Below are positions 38,957 to 49,078 of a stretch of DNA of 64,000 nt, one piece after another. A program made the translations under genes and the position numbers. The DNA is from SAR324 cluster bacterium (GTDB taxonomy: Bacteria; SAR324; XYD2-FULL-50-16; HCM1). The notes under the pieces are model-generated. The model was not told the DNA's origin, made no database searches, and saw nothing but the letters and a program-made list of their open reading frames with translations. Numbering within the stretch: position 1 is the first letter of the stretch; each line of letters starts with the position of its first letter. Location: positions 77,125-141,124 of the forward strand of contig PUHO01000005.1 in the NCBI GenBank assembly GCA_002995645.1, read 5' to 3'.

Positions 38957-40693
38957 ATGTCTTTAGACTTATGGATTCTTTGCGGGTATTTTGTTTTTAT
39001 GGCCACCATTGGCTTTATATTTAGAAAATTTACAGATACCACGTCTAATTACTTTCGTGGTGGCGGGAATATCCTTTGGTGGATGATTGGATCTACTGCT
39101 TTTATGACACAATTTTCAGCTTGGACTTTTACAGGGGCAGCTTCTAAAGCCTATACTGACGGTTTAACTATTGTCGCTATTTTCTTTGGAAATGCATTTG
39201 CTTTTTTTATGAACGCACGTTGGGCAGCGCCTAAGTTTAGAAGACTTAACGTTATTACTATGATGGAAGCCGTTCGCATTCGCTATGGAAAAGGAAACGA
39301 ACAATTCTTTGTGTGGACGTCTCTTCCAATGGGAGTTTTATATGCTGGTGTTTGGCTTGCTGGCTTAGCTGCTTTTGTTTCGGCTTTAACAGGAATCAAC
39401 CTTACAATAGCTATTTTAGGTTCCGGTATAGTCGTTGTGTTTATTGCGCTTGTTGGTGGTTCTTGGGCAGTTATTGCCTCTGATTTCTTACAAATGTTAC
39501 TTTTAATGGCTGTTTCTGTTGTCACTGCCGTATATGCTTACTGCTATGGTGGCGGTATGAGTAATATTATAAAGAACTTCCCTCATAAATTCATTACCGG
39601 TGATACGTTAACTTTTACTTCTATCTTTTTCCTTTGGGTTATTGCTATGTTTGTTAAGCAATTTATGAATTTAAACCATTTAGGAGAATCCTATAGATAT
39701 CTTTCTGCTAAAGATGCGCATAATGCTAAAAAAGGTGCTTATTTAGCTTCTTTCTTAATGCTTGTTGGACCGCTTATTTGGTTTATTCCACCTTGGGTTA
39801 CTGCCGGCATGTATTCTAATCTTTCTGCTTTATATCCTACACTTGGAGCTAAAGCCAATGATGCGGCTTATCTTGCTTTCGTGCAAAATGCAATGCCCGC
39901 CGGTATGGCAGGGCTATTAATGGCAGCTCTTTTTGCCGCCACTATGTCTTCTATGGATACCGGCTTAAATAAAAACGCTGGTATATTCACAAGAAACGTA
40001 TACCTTCCTTTAGTTAGAAAATATAAAGAAAATGACAAAGAATTAGTTATTGTTGCTAAAATTTCAACTGCCGTATTTGGTCTTTTTATCATTCTAGGCG
40101 CTGAATTTATTACCGGATTAAAGAGCATTAGTCTCTTTAACGCCATGCAATATATTTCATCGCTCATTAGCTTACCTATTTTAATACCTCTTTTATTTGG
40201 TCTTGCCTTCAAGAAAGTACCTAAATGGGCACCAATCGCAACTGTAATAGTAGGTGGGATTATTTCTTATATTGTGCCACAAATTAATTATGATACTTTG
40301 TTTAACGTTACTTTGACACATAGGGAACATGCGGACATGATACAACTTATAGGCATATTCGCACATATATTCCTTACCGGTGGCTTTTTTCTTCTTACCT
40401 CTTTCTTTTATAAAGAAAATGCTGACCCAGCATATGATTCTATTATTAATAACTTTTTTGATATTGCTCATAATAAAACGTTGGCACATGAAAAAATTAA
40501 ACCTGTGCCTATCGACAACAGACAAAGACGTTTACTTGGAACACTAGCCATAGTCTTGGGAACAGGCGTTATTCTTTTAATACTTATACCAAATCCGTTT
40601 ATTGGTCGTTTAGCTTTCTTACTGACTGGCGGTATTGTTTTTGCTGCTGGCGCGGCTCTTGTTGCAGCTTCTAAAGAAAAAATTGCAGACTAG
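38957..40693 (+). CDS. Sodium:solute symporter family transporter
   Basis: A 578-aa polytopic membrane protein. Its N-terminus YFRGGGNILWWMIGSTAFMTQFSAWTFTGAASKAY follows the SSF pattern. Confidence 0.8.
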   Translation: MSLDLWILCGYFVFMATIGFIFRKFTDTTSNYFRGGGNILWWMIGSTAFMTQFSAWTFTGAASKAYTDGLTIVAIFFGNAFAFFMNARWAAPKFRRLNVITMMEAVRIRYGKGNEQFFVWTSLPMGVLYAGVWLAGLAAFVSALTGINLTIAILGSGIVVVFIALVGGSWAVIASDFLQMLLLMAVSVVTAVYAYCYGGGMSNIIKNFPHKFITGDTLTFTSIFFLWVIAMFVKQFMNLNHLGESYRYLSAKDAHNAKKGAYLASFLMLVGPLIWFIPPWVTAGMYSNLSALYPTLGAKANDAAYLAFVQNAMPAGMAGLLMAALFAATMSSMDTGLNKNAGIFTRNVYLPLVRKYKENDKELVIVAKISTAVFGLFIILGAEFITGLKSISLFNAMQYISSLISLPILIPLLFGLAFKKVPKWAPIATVIVGGIISYIVPQINYDTLFNVTLTHREHADMIQLIGIFAHIFLTGGFFLLTSFFYKENADPAYDSIINNFFDIAHNKTLAHEKIKPVPIDNRQRRLLGTLAIVLGTGVILLILIPNPFIGRLAFLLTGGIVFAAGAALVAASKEKIAD

Positions 40694-40760
40694 CAACGTT
40701 TATATTAAATATCTATTTTATAACTATAACCTTTAACTTAACTAAAAAAATAAACTACTC

Positions 40761-42917
40761 ATGACACAATCGTTATTCATTACGGACTCAGAAGCGGCTA
40801 TTCTAAAAAAAGCAGCACTAGAAGAAAAAAATACTCTATTTGCAAAATCGTTTGCAAAACTAAAAGACAAAGCGGATAAAGCTCTGCAAACACCTATTAT
40901 TGTTCCTAATAATGGGATTGCAGGGGGATACGAACATACAACGCATATGCATAATGCAAGTATGGTCCAAGATCTTGGAAACGTATATAAAATTCTTGGT
41001 GATGTAAAATATGCTGAACAAGCAACTAAAATTTTACAAAAATACGTTGAAGTATATCCTACTTTAGATCTAGCAGAAAGTTCTACTGAAAACCCTCCGG
41101 GGCGATTATTTCATCAAATTCTAAACGATCAAATGTGGTTAATTAGAGTAGTTGAAGGTTATAGTTATTTAAAAAAACATATTCCCGTTGATCTACAAAA
41201 GGAAATAGAAGAAAAAGTTTTAATTCCTACCTGTGAATTAATGATTACAGACAATCCGGATCGTTTCGATATTATTCATAATCATGGTATTTGGGCGGTC
41301 GCTAGCGTTGCCATTGCCGGTATTGTAATGGGACAAGATAAATACATTGCGCCGGCTCTTACCGGATTAAAACAAGATGGGAAAAGAGGCTTTTTAGCTC
41401 AGTTAACAAGGCTCTATTCTCCAGACGGTTACTATGAAGAAGGACCTTACTACTCTCGTTTTGCTTTGTGGCCTATGTTTCTTTTTGCTGAAGCTTTAGA
41501 TCGTCATTTACCAGAATACGATATATATAACTTTAGAGATTGTATTATTAAAAAAGCATTAACTTGCTTAATTGATTTATCTTTGCCTAACGGTCGTTTG
41601 CCAAGTCTTAACGATGCTTATAAAGCAACAGGTATTCATATTACAGAAGGACCTTGTATTGGGTTCCTTTATAGTGTTGCTTTATCTTTCAAACAACGAC
41701 CGGACAATAAAAAACTACTTTGGCTTGCTAAAAAGCAAGACGTTGTTATGATCAATATTGCAGGTTATCAACTTTCTAAAGCTCTTGCAGAAGCAACGGA
41801 TATAAACGATTTATCCGTATCTAGTAAAGAAATAGTTGCCGGTAAAAACGGCGATCAAGGTGCCATTGGCATTTTACGTAACACAACAAAAGACGGTAAA
41901 ATTTTTACTACTATTATGTCCTATGGCTCACACGGTATGAAAGAACACGGGCATTTTGACGCGCTTTCTTTAAACATATACGATCACGAAGAAGAAATTT
42001 TAACTGATTACGGTTGTGCAAGATGGGCGAATATGGAAGAAAAAAGCGGTGGTTGTTATACGGCAGAGAACTATAGTTATGCAAAACATTCTATTGCGCA
42101 CAATACGGTTGTAGTAGATAAAGCAACGCATCATTTCTCTGATGGAAAACGTGCAGAAAGACTACATTGTAAAAAACATATTTTTGACGCATCAGATCCT
42201 AATTTTCAAATTATGAGCGCTTGTGCAGACGGGTACTATCTTGATACTAACATGCAAAGAACCTGCGCCGTTCTTGTAGACGATGAATTTGAGAATCCGC
42301 TTATTATTGATATTTTTCGCCTTGATAGTCAAAACGATCATACTTATGATTTACCATTTCACTATATTGGACAACCAATACATTACGATTTTCCGGCAGC
42401 TTGCTCTAATACGGTTTGTCGTCCTTTAGGAAGCGCTTTTGGTTACCAACATCTATGGCAAGAAGGGCACGGCAATCCACGTGTTAAATTCAGCTATACT
42501 TGGCTTAATAAAGAACAATTTTATACAGTAAGTTCAGCAGTAACTAATAATACGCAAGTGTTATGGGGGAAAATTGGATCAAACGATCCGTCTGCTAATC
42601 TACGAAACGAACCTTATTTCATTATACGCCAAACCGGAAGAGATCATATTTTTGCTAATATTCTTGAAACACACGGGCATTTTAATGAAGGTGCCGAAAT
42701 TTGTACTAATTCATCACCAACTATTAAAAGAGTATCTGTGCTAGCTTATAACGAACAAGGTAAGGTAATACAATTTACAACAAAAAACAGATCTACTTTT
42801 ACTTTAATGGTCAGTAATTTACAAAATCCGGCAAACTTAGAGCATAACGTAATGTCTATAAGAAATCGCCTTTATTCTTGGACTGGATCTTACAAATTAG
42901 TTAAAAAAACATCATAA
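40761..42917 (+). CDS. Alginate-lyase-domain plus heparinase II/III-like lyase (PL17-like architecture, cytoplasmic)
   Basis: GSHGMKEHGHFDALSLNIYDHEEEILTDYG is the heparinase II/III-like core. N-terminal alpha/alpha toroid-like region. No signal peptide. Confidence 0.7.
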   Translation: MTQSLFITDSEAAILKKAALEEKNTLFAKSFAKLKDKADKALQTPIIVPNNGIAGGYEHTTHMHNASMVQDLGNVYKILGDVKYAEQATKILQKYVEVYPTLDLAESSTENPPGRLFHQILNDQMWLIRVVEGYSYLKKHIPVDLQKEIEEKVLIPTCELMITDNPDRFDIIHNHGIWAVASVAIAGIVMGQDKYIAPALTGLKQDGKRGFLAQLTRLYSPDGYYEEGPYYSRFALWPMFLFAEALDRHLPEYDIYNFRDCIIKKALTCLIDLSLPNGRLPSLNDAYKATGIHITEGPCIGFLYSVALSFKQRPDNKKLLWLAKKQDVVMINIAGYQLSKALAEATDINDLSVSSKEIVAGKNGDQGAIGILRNTTKDGKIFTTIMSYGSHGMKEHGHFDALSLNIYDHEEEILTDYGCARWANMEEKSGGCYTAENYSYAKHSIAHNTVVVDKATHHFSDGKRAERLHCKKHIFDASDPNFQIMSACADGYYLDTNMQRTCAVLVDDEFENPLIIDIFRLDSQNDHTYDLPFHYIGQPIHYDFPAACSNTVCRPLGSAFGYQHLWQEGHGNPRVKFSYTWLNKEQFYTVSSAVTNNTQVLWGKIGSNDPSANLRNEPYFIIRQTGRDHIFANILETHGHFNEGAEICTNSSPTIKRVSVLAYNEQGKVIQFTTKNRSTFTLMVSNLQNPANLEHNVMSIRNRLYSWTGSYKLVKKTS

Positions 42918-43054
42918 CAATACAATGATTTAACTTTGTAATTATTACTTTCTTCTTGACAAAAGAATTAAAATTACTTATTATTAGAATTAATTAATCA
43001 TCACTTACAATTTATATACGAATTTCTATTCTTTTTTATTTTTCCATATTATCC

Positions 43055-43094
43055 CTGTGTATACTGCATGTTTTACAGTATACACAGTATTTTA
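43055..43094 (+). terminator. Strong hairpin terminator after the lyase gene
   Basis: Perfect 12-bp inverted repeat CTGTGTATACTG / CAGTATACACAG with a 9-nt loop, followed by TATTTTA. Confidence 0.6.
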
Positions 43095-43129
43095 GAGATT
43101 AAATAAAGAATATTTTCCTAGGAGACTTT

Positions 43130-43426
43130 ATGAAAGGTTTTTTTATTGGACTTACAACGGGGCTAGCAACTAGTGTTGCCGCTCAAATTGCCGTCGCTAA
43201 TCGCCATGAAGAAATTGCTGAAACACTTCGCAATCTTGATGTTACAACTATCTGTAAACGCAAAAAGAATGCATCTTTAGATGAACTTTTAGAACAAAAG
43301 AAAAAATTAGAAGAGTTAATTGTTCAAAAACAAGCGGAACAAGAAACTGCTGACACAAGTAGTGCTTTTAGCACGCCAAGTGATTCTCATTTTAGAGCTT
43401 CTAACGATCCGTTTGAAACTACCTAA
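43130..43426 (+). CDS. Small membrane-anchored protein (YtxH-like appearance)
   Basis: N-terminal MKGFFIGLTTGLATSVAAQIA glycine-zipper helix followed by a charged coiled region. AGGAG lies upstream. Confidence 0.5.
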   Translation: MKGFFIGLTTGLATSVAAQIAVANRHEEIAETLRNLDVTTICKRKKNASLDELLEQKKKLEELIVQKQAEQETADTSSAFSTPSDSHFRASNDPFETT

Positions 43427-43501
43427 TTAGATTTCTTCTATATTTGTAACAGTAAAGCAAGAATATAATCCCTTTACTGTTACGTTTCTTCTCCCTTAAT
43501 C

Positions 43502-43685
43502 TAACCTACCAAGTTCTTTTAAGTGGGCTCAATGCTTTCTTGTATGTAGATAAGTCATAGCCGTAAAGATATACCTAACTTGCCAAGTTCTTTAATGTAT
43601 ATAAGTGGGTTTTTTCTTTAGCGGGGTAAAAACATACGTCGGCTCAATGCTTTCTTGTATGTGAATAAGCCATAGCCGTAAAGAC
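43502..43685. repeat. Local duplication of the 3' end of the 43592..44095 gene (decayed copy with internal deletions)
   Basis: 43502-43570 (TAACCTACCAAGTTCTTTTAAGTGGGCTCAATGCTTTCTTGTATGTAGATAAGTCATAGCCGTAAAGAT) aligns to 43576-43685, which spans the stop codon and last codons of the gene. The copy differs by two deletions and a few substitutions. Confidence 0.8.
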
Positions 43686-44095
43686 AGAGGGAGCGACACA
43701 TTATGCTTAGTTTCATGGAAGGTGTCGTAATATTCGCTAATATCCGTTACACGTATGCCAAAGGTTTTATTAAAAACAACTTCATATATATACAAAGAAA
43801 AAGTTTGATTTGTATGCCTTCGTACCATAATCGTTAATCGATAGGAATCCGCCGTTTCTTGTTCAGCATAAATACGAAGTCTAGCATCACGATGTGCGCA
43901 AACTAGTTTCTTACGTGGATAAAAGCACTTACCTTGTGTAAAGTTCTTATACTTTGTATAGTAAGGCAATATATCTAATATCTTCTTGCTACGTTTATAA
44001 TGTCTTACATGGTGACTTCTTACTTTAGCGTATGCTAATGACGTTACGCATAGTAAAAAGCATAGAATGCCTACTATATATATGTTACGTTTCAT
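43592..44095 (-). CDS. Hypothetical secreted protein
   Basis: Signal peptide MKRNIYIVGILCFLLCVTSLAYA. It is the last gene of the protease-OMP operon. Confidence 0.5.
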   Translation of the reverse strand: MKRNIYIVGILCFLLCVTSLAYAKVRSHHVRHYKRSKKILDILPYYTKYKNFTQGKCFYPRKKLVCAHRDARLRIYAEQETADSYRLTIMVRRHTNQTFSLYIYEVVFNKTFGIRVTDISEYYDTFHETKHNVSLPLSLRLWLIHIQESIEPTYVFTPLKKKPTYIH

Positions 44096-44104
44096 TTGCT
44101 AATA

Positions 44105-45133
44105 TTAAAAAGTATAGGCAGCGCCTACAACAATCCTAGAGCCTTTTTGAGTTATGTTAGCAACAGAATTAGATATAAGCGTATCATATAAATAAGAATA
44201 CATAGCGTATACACTCGTAGAAATACCAGCAAACTTTGCACTATATCCTAGCCCAACATCAAGATTTTGTTTAGCACCTAACGCCATGTCTTCTAAAGCG
44301 TCCATCTTTGCCATATTATAATGCACTTGTATAACGTTCTCCAAAGAAAACAAAGTGTGGCTTACCCATAAGATTTCCATACTTGCTTTTATATCTTGCT
44401 GTAAAGCGCGACCATTAGGCGCTTGTTTTTCATCACCAACAAGATAGCGCATTGGCAAGCGTATATAACTAGCTTCCAAACGGCTAACAAAAAGATCGTC
44501 TACAACTAAGCGATAACTTAAACCGGCTCCATAACGAAACAACCACATATCATGCTTATACGACTCAGGCGTTTCTAACATAGCCGAGCTAACTACACCA
44601 AAAAACAAATCAGGTGCTAATTGGTAAGTTGAACCAAAACCGAAATTTAATTGTTTCTTGCTGTGTTCTACTTCTAACAAGGTATCTTTAATTTTATTGT
44701 AATTTAAATTAACACCTATATGCAGACTATCACCGGGAAACCGTTTAGCAAGATACATATTATATTGCGTATAGTTTTCTTCTGATTCACTAAGTGAATA
44801 TTCTACTTTCTGTTTATTATTTTCAAAACTCATTTGTCCCGCCATACCGTCCCATAGTTTTTGAGCCATATAACGAAGAGCAAAATTATACATGCCGTCA
44901 GATAATTCGTATTTTGTTTTTTTCTCTTGTAACTCAACCGGTTTTTCCGAAAGCGATCGCATCACATATTTACCAGCTACAAAATTAGGAACGTATTCTT
45001 CTGTAATAGTTAAAACAGCGGGGTTTTCTATTTTCGTAAGAAGAAACAAAGGCTTACTTGCAACCTGAGCAAATAAGCTAGGTAAGCCCAAAAAATATAG
45101 AATAAAAACGGCGCGTAATAATATATATTTCAT
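44105..45133 (-). CDS. Outer-membrane beta-barrel protein
   Basis: Signal peptide ...LGLPSLFAQ; alternating amphipathic strands; C-terminal ...VVGAAYTF ending in Phe, as in OMPs. An ATGA overlap couples it to the upstream protease gene. Confidence 0.65.
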   Translation of the reverse strand: MKYILLRAVFILYFLGLPSLFAQVASKPLFLLTKIENPAVLTITEEYVPNFVAGKYVMRSLSEKPVELQEKKTKYELSDGMYNFALRYMAQKLWDGMAGQMSFENNKQKVEYSLSESEENYTQYNMYLAKRFPGDSLHIGVNLNYNKIKDTLLEVEHSKKQLNFGFGSTYQLAPDLFFGVVSSAMLETPESYKHDMWLFRYGAGLSYRLVVDDLFVSRLEASYIRLPMRYLVGDEKQAPNGRALQQDIKASMEILWVSHTLFSLENVIQVHYNMAKMDALEDMALGAKQNLDVGLGYSAKFAGISTSVYAMYSYLYDTLISNSVANITQKGSRIVVGAAYTF

Positions 45134-46884
45134 ACCAATCTACGTTTATATATGACTAAATAAAACAACCCAAACAACAAGAAAGCTAGTAACAAACTAA
45201 TAAACAAAATAGTATGTTCTAAAACAAAAACAACAGGAGCTAGTGTTGTTCTAATAACCAACCGAAGCACGGCATGTTTTCTTATATAAGTAGCAATAGG
45301 CGGAGAATAGGTATAATATAAAGAAACAAATTTACGACCGCCACTAAAAGAAAGTAAAACGTTATCTCTAAAATGGCGTAACGTTATCAAATGGCTATCT
45401 AAATAGGAATCATATGCCGCCGTAGCAATAAAGCAACCTGTTTTATTACCACCATCGCCAAAAAGATGCACCTCTGCTTTTGCAGGGCGATGCGATGCCG
45501 CTTCAAATGCATTATCTTGAATACTTTGTACATTATCAGAAACGCCAGGAATACCGCGTGGAATCGTTGAGGCATTAAAAAAAGCGTTTGGCGAAGAATA
45601 GGCGTGCGCTATTTTACAATTAGCTCCAAAATGAGAACATTCTGAATAATACGCCATGATAGTATAATAATTCTGACCCTGCAAATTCGAAAGATCAGCA
45701 GGATTATAATGTACATAACCGTAATTATAAGTAATTCTTCCCGGCGCGCTTCCACAGTTAGCACTAGTATAAGGAAAGCCAAACTCAACAAAACAATCAT
45801 GGTGCAACCCAAAATTATGTCCTAATTCATGTGCCAACGTCGTATGCACCCAGTCTCTAGCAATAACAGCAAAACCACAATCTACATTGCCTTGCGGGCA
45901 AACTTCCCCTAATCCTGCAATACCCGGTTCCATAGTGGAAACAAGCATAGCAACAAAGTCAGCACCAAGTTTATCACGTAAATCATGTATGCCTTCTAAA
46001 TAGCCGTCGTCTTTATTACGTAATCGATCTAAATCAATATCGGATTGACCTTGTTCTACGTAGTTTACTAAACGAATACCAACAAGTCGCATTTGTACCC
46101 CTGTTGGTGGCGATTCAGCTAGTGCAACATTCATCCATTCAACTGCGTTTTGTATTTCTCCAACAATATCACCACCTGATTTAGCAAGAGCTGCCGGCGT
46201 GTACAAGACTAACACGTCTACTATACTTCCGTTTGTTAAACTATCGTCGTGTGTTGTTGCTCTAGAAACAGGACTTAATACATCTTGTTGCGCCGGTGGC
46301 GTTCTATCTTGGCTAGTTGCTTTAGGATTAGGAATCAACTGAACTAGATTCGTTTTTTCTGACGGAAGCGGTGCTACTGAATCAGGTTTATCACTTGGCA
46401 ATTTAGCTAAATCAAGTCGTTTAAGTGCATAATATCCTTTAGCTACATGTAATATTTGTGTAATATCCCCGTTTATGGTTACACTGCCTGTTAAAATACC
46501 GTTATGTAAAACAAAAATAACAGAACTACCTTTATATCCTTCTACTTTCCCTTTGTAGGCAAAGGAAGTTTCACTATATTTTTTAATTTCTGTAAAATGT
46601 AAATCATATTTCTTTTTATCTAATAAAACAACGCTATACCGTGCTACTTCAGCAAGTGGCTTTGCTATTTTTTTAGTGTCAATATACACAAGTTCATATT
46701 GTGAACCGCTGACACTTTGCTTCATTACACTAAATTTTTTAAGAATGTAATCTTGATAGGTATGATCAATAAAAACAGGATCTTTATGTTCAATTACATT
46801 GGCAAGGGGATTTGCCGCAAAAGCAGTGGAAATATATAAAGGACAGCATAAACATAAAATTATATACTTTTTTAACTTACACAT
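45130..46884 (-). CDS. Secreted reprolysin-like metzincin zinc metalloprotease with a C-terminal CFIATAAY region and TM anchor
   Basis: HELGHNFGLHHD (HExxHxxGxxHD); a Met-turn candidate YYTIMAY; a signal peptide; a Pro/Ser-rich linker; the C-terminus GCFIATAAYDSYLDSHLITLRHFRDNVL...; and a terminal hydrophobic helix followed by KRRLV. Confidence 0.75.
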   Translation of the reverse strand: MCKLKKYIILCLCCPLYISTAFAANPLANVIEHKDPVFIDHTYQDYILKKFSVMKQSVSGSQYELVYIDTKKIAKPLAEVARYSVVLLDKKKYDLHFTEIKKYSETSFAYKGKVEGYKGSSVIFVLHNGILTGSVTINGDITQILHVAKGYYALKRLDLAKLPSDKPDSVAPLPSEKTNLVQLIPNPKATSQDRTPPAQQDVLSPVSRATTHDDSLTNGSIVDVLVLYTPAALAKSGGDIVGEIQNAVEWMNVALAESPPTGVQMRLVGIRLVNYVEQGQSDIDLDRLRNKDDGYLEGIHDLRDKLGADFVAMLVSTMEPGIAGLGEVCPQGNVDCGFAVIARDWVHTTLAHELGHNFGLHHDCFVEFGFPYTSANCGSAPGRITYNYGYVHYNPADLSNLQGQNYYTIMAYYSECSHFGANCKIAHAYSSPNAFFNASTIPRGIPGVSDNVQSIQDNAFEAASHRPAKAEVHLFGDGGNKTGCFIATAAYDSYLDSHLITLRHFRDNVLLSFSGGRKFVSLYYTYSPPIATYIRKHAVLRLVIRTTLAPVVFVLEHTILFISLLLAFLLFGLFYLVIYKRRLV

Positions 46885-47101
46885 AGAATATTTTTATTAT
46901 AATGATTTTAATCGTTTTTCAATTTCTTTGTTTAGTATATATTTTTATAAGCTTAAAGTATAGATAAAATTATTAAATAAATCTAAATTATAAAAGATTA
47001 TAAAATAATACGCTTTTATTATTTTATTATTATGTTATAGTTTTATAGTAGCATACTTTTAAGTCAAAGTCACAATTTTTTATCATTTTAGGAGTTTACA
47101 A

Positions 47102-48706
47102 ATGACTACTTTTTTTTACGAGCCTTTATTTCAATTACAACCGGATAAAACAAACTATACTAAAATTAGTAGCGAACACGTGAAAACAAGCGTAGTTAAC
47201 GGAAAAGAAATTTTACAAATAGAAGATCAAGGAATTAAATTATTAATAGAAAAAGCATTTCATGACGTTTCTCATTATCTTAGAAAAGAGCATCTTGAAA
47301 AATTACATTCTATTCTATCCGATCCGCAAGCTAGCGATAATGACAGATACGTATCGCAAAATTTACTTGAAAACGCCGTTATTGCCGCAGAAGGCACCTT
47401 CCCAAGTTGCCAAGATACCGGAACGGCTATTATTATGGGGAAAAAAGGCGAACAAGTTTGGACAGACAGCCAAGACGAAGCTTCTATTAGCGAAGGAGTC
47501 TTTAATGCCTATCAAAACAACAACCTTCGTTTTTCACAAACTGCCGCTTTAACCATGTTTGAAGAAGTTAACACAAAAACAAACTTGCCGGCACAAATCG
47601 ATCTGTATGCTACTAAAGGCAACGAGTATCATTTTTTATGTATTGCAAAAGGCGGTGGGTCTGCTAATAAAACCTATTTATACCAAGAAACAAAAGCTTT
47701 ACTAAACGAAGCGGCAATATATCCTTTTTTAAAAGATAAAATCTCTTCTTTAGGCACGTCTGCTTGCCCTCCGTATCACCTAGCTATTGTAATTGGCGGG
47801 ACTTCTGCTGAAGCTAATCTTAAAACAGCAAAATTAGTAAGTACAAAATACTATGACTCGCTTCCAACAAGTGGCAACGAATATGGTCGTGCTTTTAGAG
47901 ACGTAGAAATGGAAGACAAAGTACTCAAAATTACACAGGAACTCGGCATAGGGGCTCAGTTTGGTGGCAAATATTTTTGTCATGATGTAAGAATAGTACG
48001 CTTACCAAGACATGGTGCGTCCTGTCCAGTTGGGCTAGCAGTAAGCTGTAGCGCCGATCGGAACGTTCTTGCGAAGATTACAAAAGAAGGACTTTTTCTT
48101 GAAACTTTAGAGACAAATCCGTCTCAATATCTTCCAAAAAAAGTAATAAAAATCAACGAGCCAGTTGCTATTGATATTAATATGGGCATGGATAAACTAA
48201 GACAAACTTTAAGTCAATATCCAATCAAAACAAGATTCTCACTATCTGGCGATTTAATTGTGGCAAGAGACATAGCCCATGCTAAACTAAAAGCAAAACT
48301 AGATCAAGGTGAAGACTTGCCAAAATATTTTAAAGAGCATATTATTTATTATGCAGGACCGGCAAAAACACCGGACGGATATGCCTCCGGGTCCTTTGGT
48401 CCAACAACGGCGGGAAGAATGGACGCTTACGTTGCTATTTTTCAACAACACCAAGGTTCTATGGTCATGCTGGCTAAAGGAAATCGTTCTTTAGCTGTAA
48501 CGCAAGCTTGCCAAAAGAACGGCGGGTTTTATCTTGGCTCTATTGGCGGCGGCGCTGCTATTTTAGCTAAGAATTCTATTACAGACATGGAATTACTTGC
48601 CTATCCGGAATTGGGAATGGAAGCTATTTATCGTATTACTGTAAAAGATTTTCCTGCGTTTATGATCGTTGACGATAAAGGTAACGATTTTTTTGAACAA
48701 TTATAA
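47102..48706 (+). CDS. fumA: Class I (Fe-S) fumarate hydratase
   Basis: [22 protein letters not shown] and [22 protein letters not shown] are class I fumarase N-domain motifs. The C-domain has [14 protein letters not shown] ... GPTTAGRMD. Confidence 0.9.
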   Translation: MTTFFYEPLFQLQPDKTNYTKISSEHVKTSVVNGKEILQIEDQGIKLLIEKAFHDVSHYLRKEHLEKLHSILSDPQASDNDRYVSQNLLENAVIAAEGTFPSCQDTGTAIIMGKKGEQVWTDSQDEASISEGVFNAYQNNNLRFSQTAALTMFEEVNTKTNLPAQIDLYATKGNEYHFLCIAKGGGSANKTYLYQETKALLNEAAIYPFLKDKISSLGTSACPPYHLAIVIGGTSAEANLKTAKLVSTKYYDSLPTSGNEYGRAFRDVEMEDKVLKITQELGIGAQFGGKYFCHDVRIVRLPRHGASCPVGLAVSCSADRNVLAKITKEGLFLETLETNPSQYLPKKVIKINEPVAIDINMGMDKLRQTLSQYPIKTRFSLSGDLIVARDIAHAKLKAKLDQGEDLPKYFKEHIIYYAGPAKTPDGYASGSFGPTTAGRMDAYVAIFQQHQGSMVMLAKGNRSLAVTQACQKNGGFYLGSIGGGAAILAKNSITDMELLAYPELGMEAIYRITVKDFPAFMIVDDKGNDFFEQL

Positions 48707-48720
48707 CCCTTTGTTATTAC

Positions 48721-49035
48721 ATGCAAAAGAATATACAAACAACTTACTTACTCAAATTTGTTAGTCTACTTTTTATTCTATTTATTTTTTATTCACATTT
48801 TCTCTCAGCAGAACCTGTGAATCAAAAATATTTGCATTTAAATGGAAAAACTTTTATATACCCACGTATTTGTAATAACATTGGCTATACTTGTTCTTTA
48901 AAATTAAATGGACCTATGTATTTTTGGTGTTACACAACGATTCGTGAACGCGCTTATGCAAAACGTAATAGCGCTACAGGGCGGCAAACAAGGTGTATTC
49001 GAAAAATAATTGCCGAACAAATATATAGTGAATAA
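48721..49035 (+). CDS. Hypothetical secreted Cys-containing protein
   Basis: Hydrophobic N-terminus LLKFVSLLFILFIFYSHFLSA. No known motif. Confidence 0.4.
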   Translation: MQKNIQTTYLLKFVSLLFILFIFYSHFLSAEPVNQKYLHLNGKTFIYPRICNNIGYTCSLKLNGPMYFWCYTTIRERAYAKRNSATGRQTRCIRKIIAEQIYSE

Positions 49036-49078
49036 CATTTTAATTAACTAGCAAAAAATTATACGTTAAATTTTTATT

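Noticed and set aside
49036-49078. FMN (RFN) riboswitch upstream of the rib genes
   Set aside because: Only 43 nt are available before fliN, the genes are overlapping or closely spaced, and no RFN-like conserved helices are visible.
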